Origin: Paraspadella gotoi
Lineage: Eukaryota; Animalia; Chaetognatha
DNA: 64,000 nucleotides
Direction: 5' to 3'
NCBI GenBank assembly: GCA_051294375.1
Contig: CM119264.1
Location: 19,351,590 to 19,415,589 of the forward strand
Shown here: positions 26,201-37,025 of the stretch, piece after piece
Layout of the letters: every line of letters starts with the position of its first letter
Position numbering within the stretch: the stretch's first letter is position 1
Made by a program: the position numbers and the translations under genes
The notes under the pieces: generated by a model
What the model was told of the DNA's origin: nothing
The model's database searches: none
Seen by the model: the letters and a program-made list of their open reading frames with translations, nothing else

Positions 26201-28429
26201 AATTACCCTAAGTCCATTCTCTCAAAATGGGTCATCGAGCGAAATCCACCTCCGATTCGTGATTCTACTCAAATCAACTTCCGTCAAAATGGGAGCCAAC
26301 TTCTCCCTCCCTGATTCTCCTTTTCCAAAAGAGGATCTCACTTATTCACGCCCCATTTTTTTTCCCTTTTTCTTTTCCAATTTTCTAACGGAAAATTGGT
26401 TCGGAATTTACACTCTCCTTTGATTGAATCTGCATAAGATAAAGTCCACTGATTGGATCGAACAATCTCGTTTCCCTCGAGCTCTCCAATCTTTCGAGGA
26501 TAGAAGTTGCAACTTCGGAGCTGAAGAGAAATTGAATTGAACCAAGCAAAAATTCTAAATGTTTTTAAATATCGTTTACTGAACGCGAACTGTTTTCTGT
26601 TTCCGCGGCAAACGCAGTCTTCTGCTGTTTTACTCTTTTATTCTTTCACTCTTTTATTCGTTTACTCTTTAACTCTCTTACTTAAAATACTTAAAATAAT
26701 TAACAGAAAATATCTAATGACCTGAGACTGTAAAAGACCAGCGTCAAAATCGTTAGACATCAAAGTGACACGTCAACCCCGACGCCATTGTAGAATACGA
26801 TTGCAATACAGACAACAATTGACAAAACTAAGACTGCACCGTAAAAATAATTGTAACATTAAAAAAAAACAAAAAACACAACCTTTGAATCTTCTCTTTT
26901 GGCACATTTGAAAACCAATACGACCCTCCCCCGCCTCTTCTGCTGTACTACCTGCCTCACTCCCGCCTCACCTTGGGCCCTCCCTCGGAGGTGACGGCGC
27001 AGGCGAATCTGTATTCCCGATTCTCGATCATCTCGTCGACTTCGGGGCCGCAGTTGGCGGCGGCGACAACGACGAGCGACGCCATGAAGGAGTTCCCGCA
27101 TTTGTATGGGCCAGCGTCTTCGAGGGTAACCGAGCGGATCGTCAAGTAGTACTGGTTTCCCCGACGACGGAACTTGTACTTCGTGGAGGAGACTGAAGAA
27201 ATTTGAGACATTAGTATAAAGTTGAAAGTTTTTTAAAAATTTGTTATATTTTTGTCATTTAATATTTTTAAATTTGTTTTCCTCGTTTGAAAAACGAGAA
27301 AAACAAGGACAAATTTTTAATAATATCAGAGTATATCTATTTCTACGTTTATTTGTTATTAAAGAAACGAAATTGGACATTTGTATGTAAATGACTTGGT
27401 TTATTGGTGTATTGTATTGGTGTTGAACTGATTTAAATCATTTTATACATTAGTGCAAACTCTCTCTCGGAGAAAAATCACGTTAGTCCTCCTAATAAAA
27501 AAAACCCCCGTAAATCAGAATCACTTAATTAATAATTATTCCATAAAACAAAAGGAGCTGAGCGACGGGAAACGAGGAGGGAATTAAAAAGGGGATTCGC
27601 CTGAGGTGAGCGTCGAGCGTCGAGCGACTACTTTGCTTCCTTCCGCGCGGAATTTCATCGCGGCAAAAATTCAATCAGGGCGAAATTAAAAAAAAGAAAA
27701 AAAGATCGAACTCCGCCCATTCGTCTACGGCAACGTTTGATTGAGAGACAAAGTAGTTGAGCAGCTCGCGCTGGAATGGCGAGATTCACTCAAAGAAAAT
27801 GTTTTTTGTATTCTTTTATATTATATATTGTTTACTAGTTTGTTACCGATTATCTTTGTCCAGGTTAAAATTTAGAGTTTAATATTTAGGGTGAACGTTA
27901 GAAATTTTTATTTTATATTTTTAAATCTATAAAAAAGAAGGAACTCACCAGTAGCGTCAAAGGGTTTGTCCCCGTGCGCCAGGAACAGACTCTCGTCCGG
28001 GTTGTCAGAGTGCTTAACCCAGATGGCGTTGTCTTCCGAATCCACGATGCACTTGAAAGTGACGTCGCTTCCGGTGGGCGTGGCACGATGAACCCGCGTC
28101 ACTACTTCCGGTTCCGACGGAGGGGTATAAGTGTTGTTTTTGTAATGACTGTCGACTGCTTTTTTATTGTCTGGCTCGAATCCCTTTTTCTTCGCGTCAA
28201 TGTCGTAATTGCTTTTGTCGTTGTTGTCGGCGTCGAACGTGGCGCTCGTTTTGGTCCGATTGCCCGCTTCGCCGCCGTCGTCCTCAACGACGAAGCTTTT
28301 GTTTCCGTTGTTGACATTGTGGTTCTCTTTTTTGTCGTTTAGCGTCGCCACAAGCGGCGAAATTATCGCGTTCCAACAAAAGACTACGACAGCCGCAGCC
28401 CAAAGCGAATTGAGTTTCCTCCGTTTCAT
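388..28429 (-). CDS. Spliced gene 1: immunoglobulin-superfamily cell-surface protein (signal peptide, N/D/K-rich spacer, 4 Ig-like domains, C-terminal TM/hydrophobic tail); nephrin/KIRREL/nectin-like architecture
   Basis: Six exons joined by GT-AG introns with matching phases (1,0,0,1,0). Ig motifs run across the junctions: VTFKC..NAIW..YLTIRSVTLEDAGPYKC; FACAVTSEGGPK|PLITW..SLLRLRPTFRDNGAKLECVVRH; LRVTCSVLANP..VVW; VTCDVVSNP..NVTW. The 22.8 kb second intron is inflated by duplicated/inverted sequence. The last exon needs one indel correction. Confidence 0.75.
608..699 (+). repeat. (GA)n microsatellite (representative; many more, e.g. 260-332, 13070-13175, 43610-43735, 46380-46500)
   Basis: Directly visible dinucleotide runs. 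Confidence 0.95.
1985..2196 (+). repeat. 21-bp minisatellite (CCTCTGAGCCTCTTCCACCGT)n, ~10 copies, intronic
   Basis: Visible tandem array with single-base variants; it explains the repetitive ORFs at 1881-2311. Confidence 0.9.
2670..2887 (-). CDS. IgSF gene 1, exon 5 (Ig4)
   Basis: Acceptor catctttag (phase 1). Encodes ADPNSTVTCDVVSNPIVPSANVTWLLL...DDEQMIVLK. Donor AAG|GTGAGA. Confidence 0.85.
3124..3766 (-). CDS. IgSF gene 1, exon 4 (Ser/Pro insert + Ig3)
   Basis: Acceptor ctctcttccag at 3767, in frame with ORF 3053..3406. Encodes IVHKHSPSS...PLRVTCSVLANPLPLLRDVVWTY...FTLVYSFAPRTICPATVVLHK. Donor G|GTAAGG (phase 1). Confidence 0.8.
3852..4136 (-). CDS. IgSF gene 1, exon 3 (Ig2, C2-set-like)
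   Basis: Acceptor ctccttttcag, 285 nt, phase 0/0. Encodes PLITWRLSSRPLAGNMTHFGLESRSLLRLRPTFRDNGAKLECVVRHSW-Gly-rich-EGCDYGELNVLHRPVVECPDPQ. Donor CAG|GTTTGA. Confidence 0.85.
5353..5413 (+). repeat. 20-bp tandem repeat x3 (AAAGAAGGAATGCGAATTAA)
   Basis: Three consecutive copies. Confidence 0.9.
6245..8515. mobile_element. TIR DNA transposon, ~2.27 kb, degenerate (Sola-like transposase remnants on minus strand)
   Basis: Left end cgGACACAATGAAAAATggCGT and reverse complement of right end aaGACACAATGAAAATaaCGT; GTAA on both flanks. The same flanks are joined without the element at ~17451-17470. Broken minus-strand fragments (IFNTRF, KQ...LP, LYAGN..Q.K, PIR.GRS...NDQIF) resemble Sola transposase motifs; the family assignment is inference. 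Confidence 0.7.
8768..8792. other. 25-N assembly gap (others of identical size at 20106-20130, 24855-24879, 37026-37050; further gaps at 61590-62062, 62616-62851, 63008-63017)
   Basis: N runs counted directly; the 25-N gaps coincide with ends of duplicated blocks. Confidence 0.95.
9710..10992 (+). pseudogene. Inverted, frameshifted copy of gene 1 exons 1-2 (likely noisy-read duplicate rather than a true paralog)
   Basis: NAIWVKHSDNP..DKPFDAT|gtgag ends at 10019, and an exon-2 copy spans 10777-10992. Both carry scattered 1-nt indels; the intron between them is near-identical to the reverse complement of 27193-27948. Confidence 0.6.
18236..18350 (+). repeat. (AAT)n microsatellite
   Basis: Imperfect aataataat run. 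Confidence 0.9.
19570..24560 (+). repeat. ~1 kb tandemly repeated unit in 2-3 variant copies
   Basis: aagcaaacccaagaagtcgtt..gaatcgagagccag..(GA)n..attatgtttatgag recurs at ~19670, ~20740 and ~23605; gtttgaaaccg..aatctcatgaatttg recurs at ~23077 and ~24094. Confidence 0.8.
26972..27192 (-). CDS. IgSF gene 1, exon 2 (end of Ig1, start of Ig2)
   Basis: Acceptor tttcttcag. Encodes VSSTKYKFRRRGNQYYLTIRSVTLEDAGPYKCGNSFMASLVVVAAANCGPEVDEMIENREYRFACAVTSEGGPK with the canonical D-x-G-x-Y-x-C motif. Donor AAG|GTGAGG. Confidence 0.9.
27949..28429 (-). CDS. IgSF gene 1, first coding exon (signal peptide + spacer + start of Ig1)
   Basis: ATG at 28429: MKRRKLNSLWAAAVVVFCWNAIISPLVA (signal-peptide-like), then an N/D/K-rich spacer and ATPTGSDVTFKCIVDSEDNAIWVKH...PFDAT. 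Donor G|GTGAGT at 27949/27948 (phase 1). Confidence 0.85.
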
Positions 28430-28769
28430 CTTATTAAAATCACTCGGAGGGAGACATTGGCTAATCAGCCTTTGTAATTGGTGTAGCGGCATTGGAGAGC
28501 CTTCTTGCTAGAAAAAGGAACGAGTACGAAGGAAGGAAGACACTAAGAGAAGAGAGATGAAGAGAGAGAGAGATCGAGAAGACGGAGATTGAGAGAGAGA
28601 AAGAGAGATACGAGCGAGAGAGGAAGAAGAAGATGGTTCCTAGAGACGGATGGAGAGAGAGAGATAGAGAGAGAGAATTAATGCTAGCGGTAAGGAGCGC
28701 AGGAAGAAACAGTCTAGCTATATCGTTCACGAGAAAAAAAATTCATCTTCTCTCTTTCCTCTTCTCTCG

Positions 28770-28803
<34 letters not shown>

Positions 28804-29095
28804 CCTCAAAAAGTCGGGAAAAACGAAATCTGCTTCTCTTGTTTTTTTCTTGGTCCTCGTGTTTAGTTGTTTTCTGTTATCCGCGGCAGTTTAATCAGCG
28901 TTATCTGAAAACCATAACGTATGAGGCGCCACAAAAAGTCTCCTCCCGCTAAAATGGGGGTGGGGCGATTTTTTTTTTAAAAAGGAAGTCGTCGGGTGGG
29001 CGGGGCGAAGAGAATTTCCTCCGCGATCCACCTTTTTTCGTTTCGTCTCTGGGATTTCGTCGTTTTTTGTTTTGTTTTGTTTTATCGATTTTCAG

Positions 29096-29140
29096 CTTAC
29101 CTGCGATTTCACTTTTCACATTTCTTTTTTTCTTTTTTTG
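29096..29140 (-). other. Candidate 5'-UTR exon donor of gene 1
   Basis: Strong donor CGCAG|GTAAGC at 29101/29100, ~670 bp upstream of the ATG. It is preserved in the inverted copy near 35890. Confidence 0.35.
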
Positions 29141-32100
29141 TACGGATCTGTTTACAGAAGATCGACTCTATGACTCACTTTTATTATAATTCACATTTTT
29201 CGTCCGTCGGTCGTCCCTAATATTGCGGGCACACTCTCTATATAACTATGTTAGAAAAATCGAGATATTATGATAAATTATGCATAAAAAAATGAGTCCT
29301 CCGTCCGTCTATCCGTCCCAGTCTGTCCGTCCCGTTCAGTCGTCCCACATAAGCAAAAAAACAACAATAACTCTGATTGGAATTGAGCATGGATTTAAAT
29401 AGAGGAATTTGTGTGTGGATGCGAAGTGTTGATTGAGCATGAATATAAAATTTCGATGAATCGTCCGAGTGAAATGAGTCTTAAAATGGAAAAACAAAAA
29501 AAAAATATAATTCAACTATTGAACACCATTGCTCATGAGTGGATGGCTGACTTGACCTGAGAAATTTTTGTATGTGGGAGTGAAAGTATGTGGAATTGAA
29601 CAGTGAAATCTAGTTTCGACTGGAATAGTTTTGAATGAAATGAGTTTAATGGAAAAAAAAAACCGTGTTTAACTTAACTTGTATTTAGCTTCGTTTTTTC
29701 CTTTTATAGTAATGTATCTGCAGGAATAGTGATTCAAAAATACATCAAATGATTAATCAGTTAATTAATCTTAGGTTAAATAAATTAATCCAATAGTAAT
29801 TACATAAATTAGTCAAATCAATACCGTATTCTCACGTCCATCTATTAGCCAAAAAAGCTCCAATAACGTGATTGGCTGTTGAATATGGCAATTAAATTTG
29901 TGTAGTTGGGTAGGAAAGTGTGTTGATAAAGCGTGGATATAAACAAATTTCGATGGGAATCGTGATGAGTGGAAAATTAAGTTTACAATGGAAAAAGATA
30001 AGTATCCGAATTTACTAAAATCTTTTACTTATTTAACTAATAAATACTCCCCTATTAATCCACTAATTGGCACTGCGATAGATTTGAGTTCTAATTTTGT
30101 ACGATGCGGTAGCAAAAACGTTATGAACGAAGCTCGTATAAAGTTTAGTGGAAAACGTCACCAGAGGAATGAGTTAAATGAAAAAATTATGAGTCACTTA
30201 CTTGAATCTCTTTTATTTATGTCTAACCACTCATGACTAAGATTGAGTAATGAAAATTTTGTGAGCCCAGTAGAAAGATTGAGTGAAAAGTAGATTTATA
30301 AAGTTTCATGACAGGAATGCAAGTTAGCAAAAATTATGCAAGTTAGAAAAAATTGAATCGCAAGTTAAATAAAATTAAAGCTTATGAGGATCGTCGCTAT
30401 TGCAAAAAGAGAGAGAAGACAGAAGTGAGAGAGACAAGAGATTGTGAATCGATGATGTCAGAGAGACGAGAGAGTGAAGAGAAGGAAGAGATGTAGAGAG
30501 AATGTAGATGGAGAAGCGGACGACATTAAAATAACAAAAAATCTTAAAAAGCACTAAGATCGAGCACAGAGCCACTATCATACGAAATTAGTGAAAAATA
30601 CCGGGAAAAAAACGACGCATGAATCATAGGATCAACTGTATGAATCGTATGATAATAATCTAGGTAATGAATAATTGATTATGATTACATATAATTGTTG
30701 TATACGGTATAACTTAGTAATTAATTGATACAATCGAATTGATTAATTGATTCATTGATAAATATGAGCGATGATAGTCCATCCTCACTGCTGCTGTGAT
30801 GATAGTCATCTCAGTGAATGCAGACTGATTGTCATTCATTTCGTAGCGATGAAATGATGTCATCATTGATGCGATTGAAAGTCACATAAAACAAACAAAT
30901 GCGTGTATGATGTTGATCAAGAGAAGAGAGAGAGAGATGACGAGAGAGAGAGAGAGAGAAGATCGAGAGAGAAGAAGAAGAACAGCAGAGAGAGAAAGAG
31001 CAGAGAGAGAGAGACAAGAAGCAGAATAAATCACGAAATCCTCGTTGATGAAAGAATTATGGGTATTCTAGATATGATAAAAAAGCCGCGGAATAAATGC
31101 AATAATCTAACAAAGTTTTTAGAAGGAAGAAAAAAATCAGAATTTTTTCTAAAAAACAACGAATACGCAAAAGTCTGCAGATACGGGACTAGACACACCA
31201 CAGAGAGACAGAGAGACAGAGATAGACCCGAGAGAAAAGAAGAGAGGCAGAGAGAGATCAGCACGTGCGCCAGAAAAAAGAATAGAAGAAAGCAGGATAT
31301 ACTAATACTAATTAAAAGAGAGAGCAGAGAGACAGCCTCATACACCCCTTTCAACTCGTTTAAAGACATCCAGTGTTATGGCGCACCGCAACCGTAGCGT
31401 GAGCTATCTTACCATGAAGACGACGACGGTGCGCCCTGATTCCGGCAGTCGCTGTTTCTTACATTATACGTGAACCCCATATTTCTATATCTAAAAAAAT
31501 TTTTATTGTAAATAAAAATAGAGAGAGAGCCACAGAGAGATGAGAGTAGGAGAGAAGAGAGAGAGCGATAGAGCTGACAAGCGTCTGCAGAGCGGAAACT
31601 CGTCTTTATACGAAGAGATAAGCAGGACGGAGAAAAATGGAGAGGAGATGAGACGCATATACAATATAAACACAGTTTTGCATTTGTACATAAAAAATAA
31701 AAAATAAAATATTGCAATGAAAAACTGACGAATTTAACAGAATTCACTTGATAGAAGCTTCAGAACCATATATAGACAATTTCCACTCCTCTAAGATATC
31801 ACACTTCTAGAAGTCCAATGCGATTGCATACAAAAACGATGACAGAAAGTCTAAACCAGAAAAGGAAACGATCTAGACAGGAGGGCTCTTGCCCGCCTGC
31901 CTCGCATAATAGATCAGAATTTTTGTTTGTTTTGATAAAACATAGTAAACAAAACATTTATAACTGCTGACTCAATCTTTAAGCGATATCCGATGATGAC
32001 AAGCATCTGAATCATCAAAATTATTAATCTTCAATAATTCATTAAATTATTAATAATTATTAATTATATCTATATATTAATCAAATTCATTAATTACATA

Positions 32101-32145
32101 TATCTGTAGGCTCAAGATTCCGCAATTGCTTTGCGTCAAACTTTG
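29140..32145. mobile_element. ~3 kb presence/absence segment, possibly a Helentron/HINE-like element plus low-quality sequence
   Basis: Absent from the inverted copy, where the flanks are contiguous at ~35850-35870. Inserted in a T-run. Contains a (GTCC/GTCT)n tract at 29300-29345 and recurring aaatttcgatg..aatcg subrepeats. The distal half is noisy and GA-rich. Confidence 0.35.
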
Positions 32146-35100
32146 TTTTTTTAATTTTCATCATCGACATTTCGTATTCAAACGTACGATATTTTTCGCC
32201 ACTTTCCTAACTTTTTATTATCAAACCTAAAAATTCTTTCTTTTACGTTTTACCTTTTTCATGACTCTTCCCCCCCACCCACGCATCCACGCTTCTGTGG
32301 CTTTCAACGGTTGTTCCATTCACTTTTCAGTAAAAGCACATTTGTTTCCTTCACTTTTCTTTCTCCATGAACCGTCTTCTCTTCTCTCTCGATCTCTCAT
32401 GTACTCTTCCATTCTTTCTCTCTCTCTTCTTTCCTCTCTCTCTCATCTCTCTCTGTCTCTACTAATTTTTTCATCACTTTCGTCGAGTCTTTTTTTCCCT
32501 TCGCTTCTTCCAAAGTAAATTTTTCATCGTTCTACTCGCAATCTAAGTTTTCCTCCTCTTCCGCTTTTCCTTTCCTTTTTCTTTCGAATCTATTCCTCCT
32601 TCTATCTTCTCACTTCTTTTCTTCTTTTTCTCCTTTTTTCTTTCGCCTTTGGCACCTTTTATGTTCCCTCCCATTCCTGTTCCACCCTCTGTCCTCTCCC
32701 ATTTTGAAGCGAGAGAAAACGTGTTAAAAGAATCCACTTAGAATTCTTCATGCATCTCAGACGATTTTCAAAAGGGGGACCAGAGAAGATTTCCCATTTT
32801 TGTCCCCCTTTTTTCGGTCTTTTGTTGTGCTAGATTTGCTTGTTTTTTTGTTTTTGGCTTTTCTCTTTTATCTCTTCTGATTTACCATTTCCCTTTTATG
32901 ATCGTTTTGATTATATTTTTTTAAAAAACGCTATTAAATAAATGAATTTTAAAGGAGGACAAAATAATTAAAAATACTTTGAGAGAACGAAAGAATGCTT
33001 TACCTAATAAACTGTTGAAATGAAAAGTCGAAAATTATATTCTTAAATAATTTATTTAATAAATCAAGTACAAAACCAGTAAAGTAACAGAAAATATTCT
33101 AAGTAAAATCTTTGTTTATTTTTCCGCAGAGCTGAAAAAACTTGCGAGATTTAGTAAGTGCTTGCGAAGTTTTACCAATCTGCATTTTTTTAAAAGTCAC
33201 GTACATATAGGTCCGTCTGTGCCTTTTCAATCTTATTGGATTTTTTTAAACTCGTTTTGAATAAAAAAACAAAAGGTTGGGGAGGCGTGATTCTCATTTC
33301 CTCTGCCCTCCTCTCCTTTATCTTCACCAAGGGTTTTAGCATCGACATAACCCTTCAAAGAGCTTCCTTCATTTCTCGTAAAAACTTCATTTCCAATTTG
33401 CAATATTTTAGGGAGTTTTTTTTTTTCCTTTTGGCTTCCTTGTTTTTTTTTTCTCTGATGACGAAAATAGAAAGACAGTAAAATCAAAACGATTAAGGCG
33501 AGGAAAGAAAAGAGACAAAAAAGGATATGAAGAAAAAAAATAGCGATCAGGATAGAAAAAAAAATAGAAAAGAAGAAGGTAAAGAAAGGGAAAAAAAAAC
33601 TAAAGAAAAGCCAAGACCATAGAGAGAAAAACAAAAAAGAAAAGATGGAAAAGAAAAGGAAAAAGTATCTTAGAATTATATAGATAGTATTAGGAAAAAA
33701 CTAAAGAGCCAAAACAAAAAGAAAGGCGAAGGCGTTAACTTTTCATCAACTGTTTGCAAGTTAAATCTCTCTTTCCCTCTTTCCTTTTTTTTTTTTTGAA
33801 CATACACACACTAAGTCAAGTCCATTAGCTGGAGCCTTTTAGTGGAGCTTTCCCTTTCATGGCCCATTGTGTCTATGACTGGTGGAAAGTTGCATTTGGC
33901 CAATGAAAAAAAGAAGTAAAGAAAAACTCTTTTTCTTATTTGTCTTTTCTTTCTTTTTTTAAACTTCTCTCCGTTCTTCGTTTATTATTTTTCTCCATTT
34001 CGAAGATGAACTCGCGCGCGACTCGGAATTTTCGCTCCATTTTCCTCTTCTTTTCTCTAGAGGAACAAATTTTTAAAAAGCGAAGATGTTGAAAAGTTGG
34101 GCCAAGATCTTGCCTAACGCGTCAGACATGAGCGCCAAATTTGTTCTCCCTCATCGTTTCCCGGAAATTCGTTCACGCGCTTTCCATTACGAAAAAATTC
34201 ATTCTCCAAATCGAAATCTACCACGAGAAAATTTTTTTGGCTTTCTGTTTCCTTTTATTTTTCGTGGAAATGAGCAAAAAGAAAAAAAAGATTTTGTTCC
34301 TCGACTTTTTAAAGTCGTAATACATAGAGATAAACTTTTTTCAATTGAACCTCAGATCTAAATTCATTCTTTTCATAATCCTTTTTTAACTTGTAATAAT
34401 GTATTGTCTCCCGAAATCAACTTTCGAATAGTTATCTCACGATTTCTTGTTTTATTGTTCTTTTATTGGCGTAGTTCCTTTAAAAGTTTTTTTCTGTCAT
34501 CTTTCCCCATCATTTTTTTTCACATAAAAGCGAAATCTCGTCACTTTACTAAAGTTCAGCATCAATTTCTTCGATATGTGTGGTCTGACTGTGAAATTCT
34601 TCGCAGATTCCTTTCCTTCTTACTGATATATCAATTCATTCATAAGTTCATACTCTACGCGAGATGAATAACTATCAGAGTTAGTGTATTCAAGTCATAT
34701 TTATTGTATATAAAAGGTCTTCAAGGTTAAAAAAATGGAACTATTAAAAGGCACAGCGGAACTATATGTACGTGACTTTTAAAAAAACATGCAGATTGGT
34801 AAAACTTCGCAAGCACTTACCAAAATCTCGCAAGTTTTTCAGCCTCTGCGGAAAAAATGAAACAAAGATTTACTTAGAATATTTCGTTACTTACTGGTTT
34901 TGTACTTGATTATTAAATAAATTATTTAAGATATAATTTTCGACTTTTACATTTCAAGCAGTTTAGTTAAGGTTAAAGCATTCTTTCCGTTCTCTCAAAA
35001 GTATTTTAATTTATTTTGTCTCCTTTAAAATTCATCTGTATTTATAGCGTTTTTTAAAAAATATACATTGCAAGAACGATCATAAAAAGGGAAGTGGTAA

Positions 35101-35571
35101 ATCAGAAGAGATAAAAAGAAAAGCCAAAAACAAAAAAAACAAGCAAATCTTAGCCACAACAAAAGACACGACAAAAAGGGGGACAGAAATGGGAAATCTT
35201 CTCTGGTCGCCCCTTTTGAAAATCGTCTGAGATGCATTGAAGAATGTCTACAGTGGAGTTACTTTTAACACGCATTTTTCCTCTCGCTTCAAAAATGGGA
35301 GAGGACAGAGGTGGAACAGGAATGGGAGAACGATAAAAGGTGCCCAAAGGCGAAAAAAAGATTAGGCGAAAAGATAAGGAAAGTAAAGAAGAGAGAGAGG
35401 AGATATGACGATAATATGCATTCGAAAGAAAGGAAAAGGAACAAGCGGAAGAGGAGGAAAACTAGATTGCGAGTAGAGAGAAACGATGAAAAATTCACTG
35501 GAATTGAAGCCGAAGGGAAAAAAAGACTCGACGAATGTGATAAAATTAGGTAAGAGAGACAGAGGAAGAGA

Positions 35572-35630
<59 letters not shown>

Positions 35631-36196
35631 AGAGAGATAGAGAAACGGTTATGAAAGAAAAAGTGAAGGAAAACAAAATCGTGCTTTCCTGAAAAGTGAT
35701 GGCGTTGACAAAGCCACAACGTGGGATGCGGTGGGGGGGGAAGAAAGTCATAAAAAAAGTAAAACGTGAGAAGAAGAGAATTTAGGTTGAAATAAAAAAG
35801 TAGGAAGGGCGAGAAATATCGACGCTTGGGAAACCGAAAGCGAGAGAAAATTAAAAGAAGAAAAAAAAAGAAATGAAAAAGTGAAATCGCAGGTAAGCTG
35901 AACGATAAAACAAAACAAAACAAAAAACCCGACGAAATCCCAAAGACGAAACGGAAAAAAGGTGGGAATCCGCGGAGGAAATTTCTCTCTAGCCCCCCAC
36001 CGACGACACCCTTTTTAAAAAAAACCCGCCACCCCCATTTTAGCGGAGGCAGACTTTTTGCTGGGCCCTCATACGTTATGGTTTGTTCAAGACTAACGCC
36101 TGATAAACTGCCCGCGGAATAACATAAAACAACAACACGAGGAACAAGAAAAAAAGCAAGAACAGATTCGTTTTCCGCCCCCCCCCCGACTTTTTT

Positions 36197-36239
<43 letters not shown>

Positions 36240-36659
36240 AGAGAGTAGAGAGAAGAGAGAGAGATGAGAGAGAGAGAGAAGAGAGCAGAGAGATGAGAGA
36301 GAGAGAGAAAGTGAATTTTTTTTTTTCGTGAACGATATAGCCTAGAACTGTATTCTTCCTCGCTACCTCACCACTTATTCTCTCTCTCTCCTCTCTCCTC
36401 CTCTCTCTCCTCTCTCCTCTCTCCTGTCCTCTATCAGTCCTCTCCGGTGTCCGTCAGCCACCTCCCTCATCTCGACTGTCGGCTCTCTCTCATCTCTCTC
36501 TCTCTCTCTCGTCTTCTTTCGATCCTCCCTCTCTCTCTCTCTTCTATGCTTCCTTCGCTTCGTACCTCCCTTTTCTCCACAGAAGTCTTTTCCCAATCCG
36601 CAACTAAGCAATTACAAAAGAGGCCTGATAGCCAAGTGTCTCCCTCCGAGTATTTTATA

Positions 36660-37025
36660 AGAGAGAAACGGAGAGAACTCAATTCGCTTTGGGCTGCGGC
36701 TGACGTAGTATTTTTGTTGGAACGCGATATTTCGCCGCTTGTGGCGACGCTAATCGACAAAAAAGAGAACACAATGTCAACAACGGAAACAAAAAGCTTC
36801 GTCGTCGAGGACGACGGCGGCGAAAGCGGGCAATCGGACCAAAACGAGGCGCCAGTTTCGACGACGACAACAACGACAAAAGCAAATGTACGACATTGAC
36901 GCGAAGAAAGGGATTCGAGCGCGCATAAAAAAGCAGTCGACAGTCATTACAAAACAACACTTATACCTCCGTCGGAAACCGGAAATAGTGACTGCGGGTG
37001 TTCATACGCGCCACGTCCCACCGGA
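36660..37025 (+). pseudogene. Third (inverted, noisy, truncated at gap) copy of gene 1 exon 1
   Basis: Fragments LNSLWAAA..SPLVATL..KSFVVEDDGGE..DIDAKK appear in shifting frames. It ends at the N gap at 37026. Confidence 0.6.

Larger units (their letters stand above)
8793..28860. repeat. Fold-back duplication 1: 8793-15777 is the reverse complement of ~18453-28860 (minus extra tandem/junk blocks); spacer 15778-18452
   Basis: Matches: 14670-15777 with 18453-19575; 14100-14680 with 20131-20740; 13200-13660 with 23075-23500; 9940-13090 with 24880-28030. Differences are mostly 1-nt indels. Confidence 0.9.
28070..37025. repeat. Fold-back duplication 2: 34744-37025 is the reverse complement of 28070-29140 + 32146-33230; spacer S 33231-34743
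   Basis: For example gtacatatag..gtgcctttt (33201-33227) versus aaaaggcacagcggaactatatgtac (34746-34771); the exon-1 copy at 36660 is part of the same arm. Confidence 0.9.

Noticed and set aside
33231-34743. Segment S as a piggyBac element because of TTAA flanks
   Set aside because: It lacks CCY termini, good TIRs and any transposase remnant.
9710-37025. Three copies of the Ig exon 1 as a gene-conversion or variable-exon diversification cassette
   Set aside because: The copies share introns and flanks, differ by random indels rather than codon-level changes, lie in fold-back arms and end at gaps. This fits assembly duplication better.
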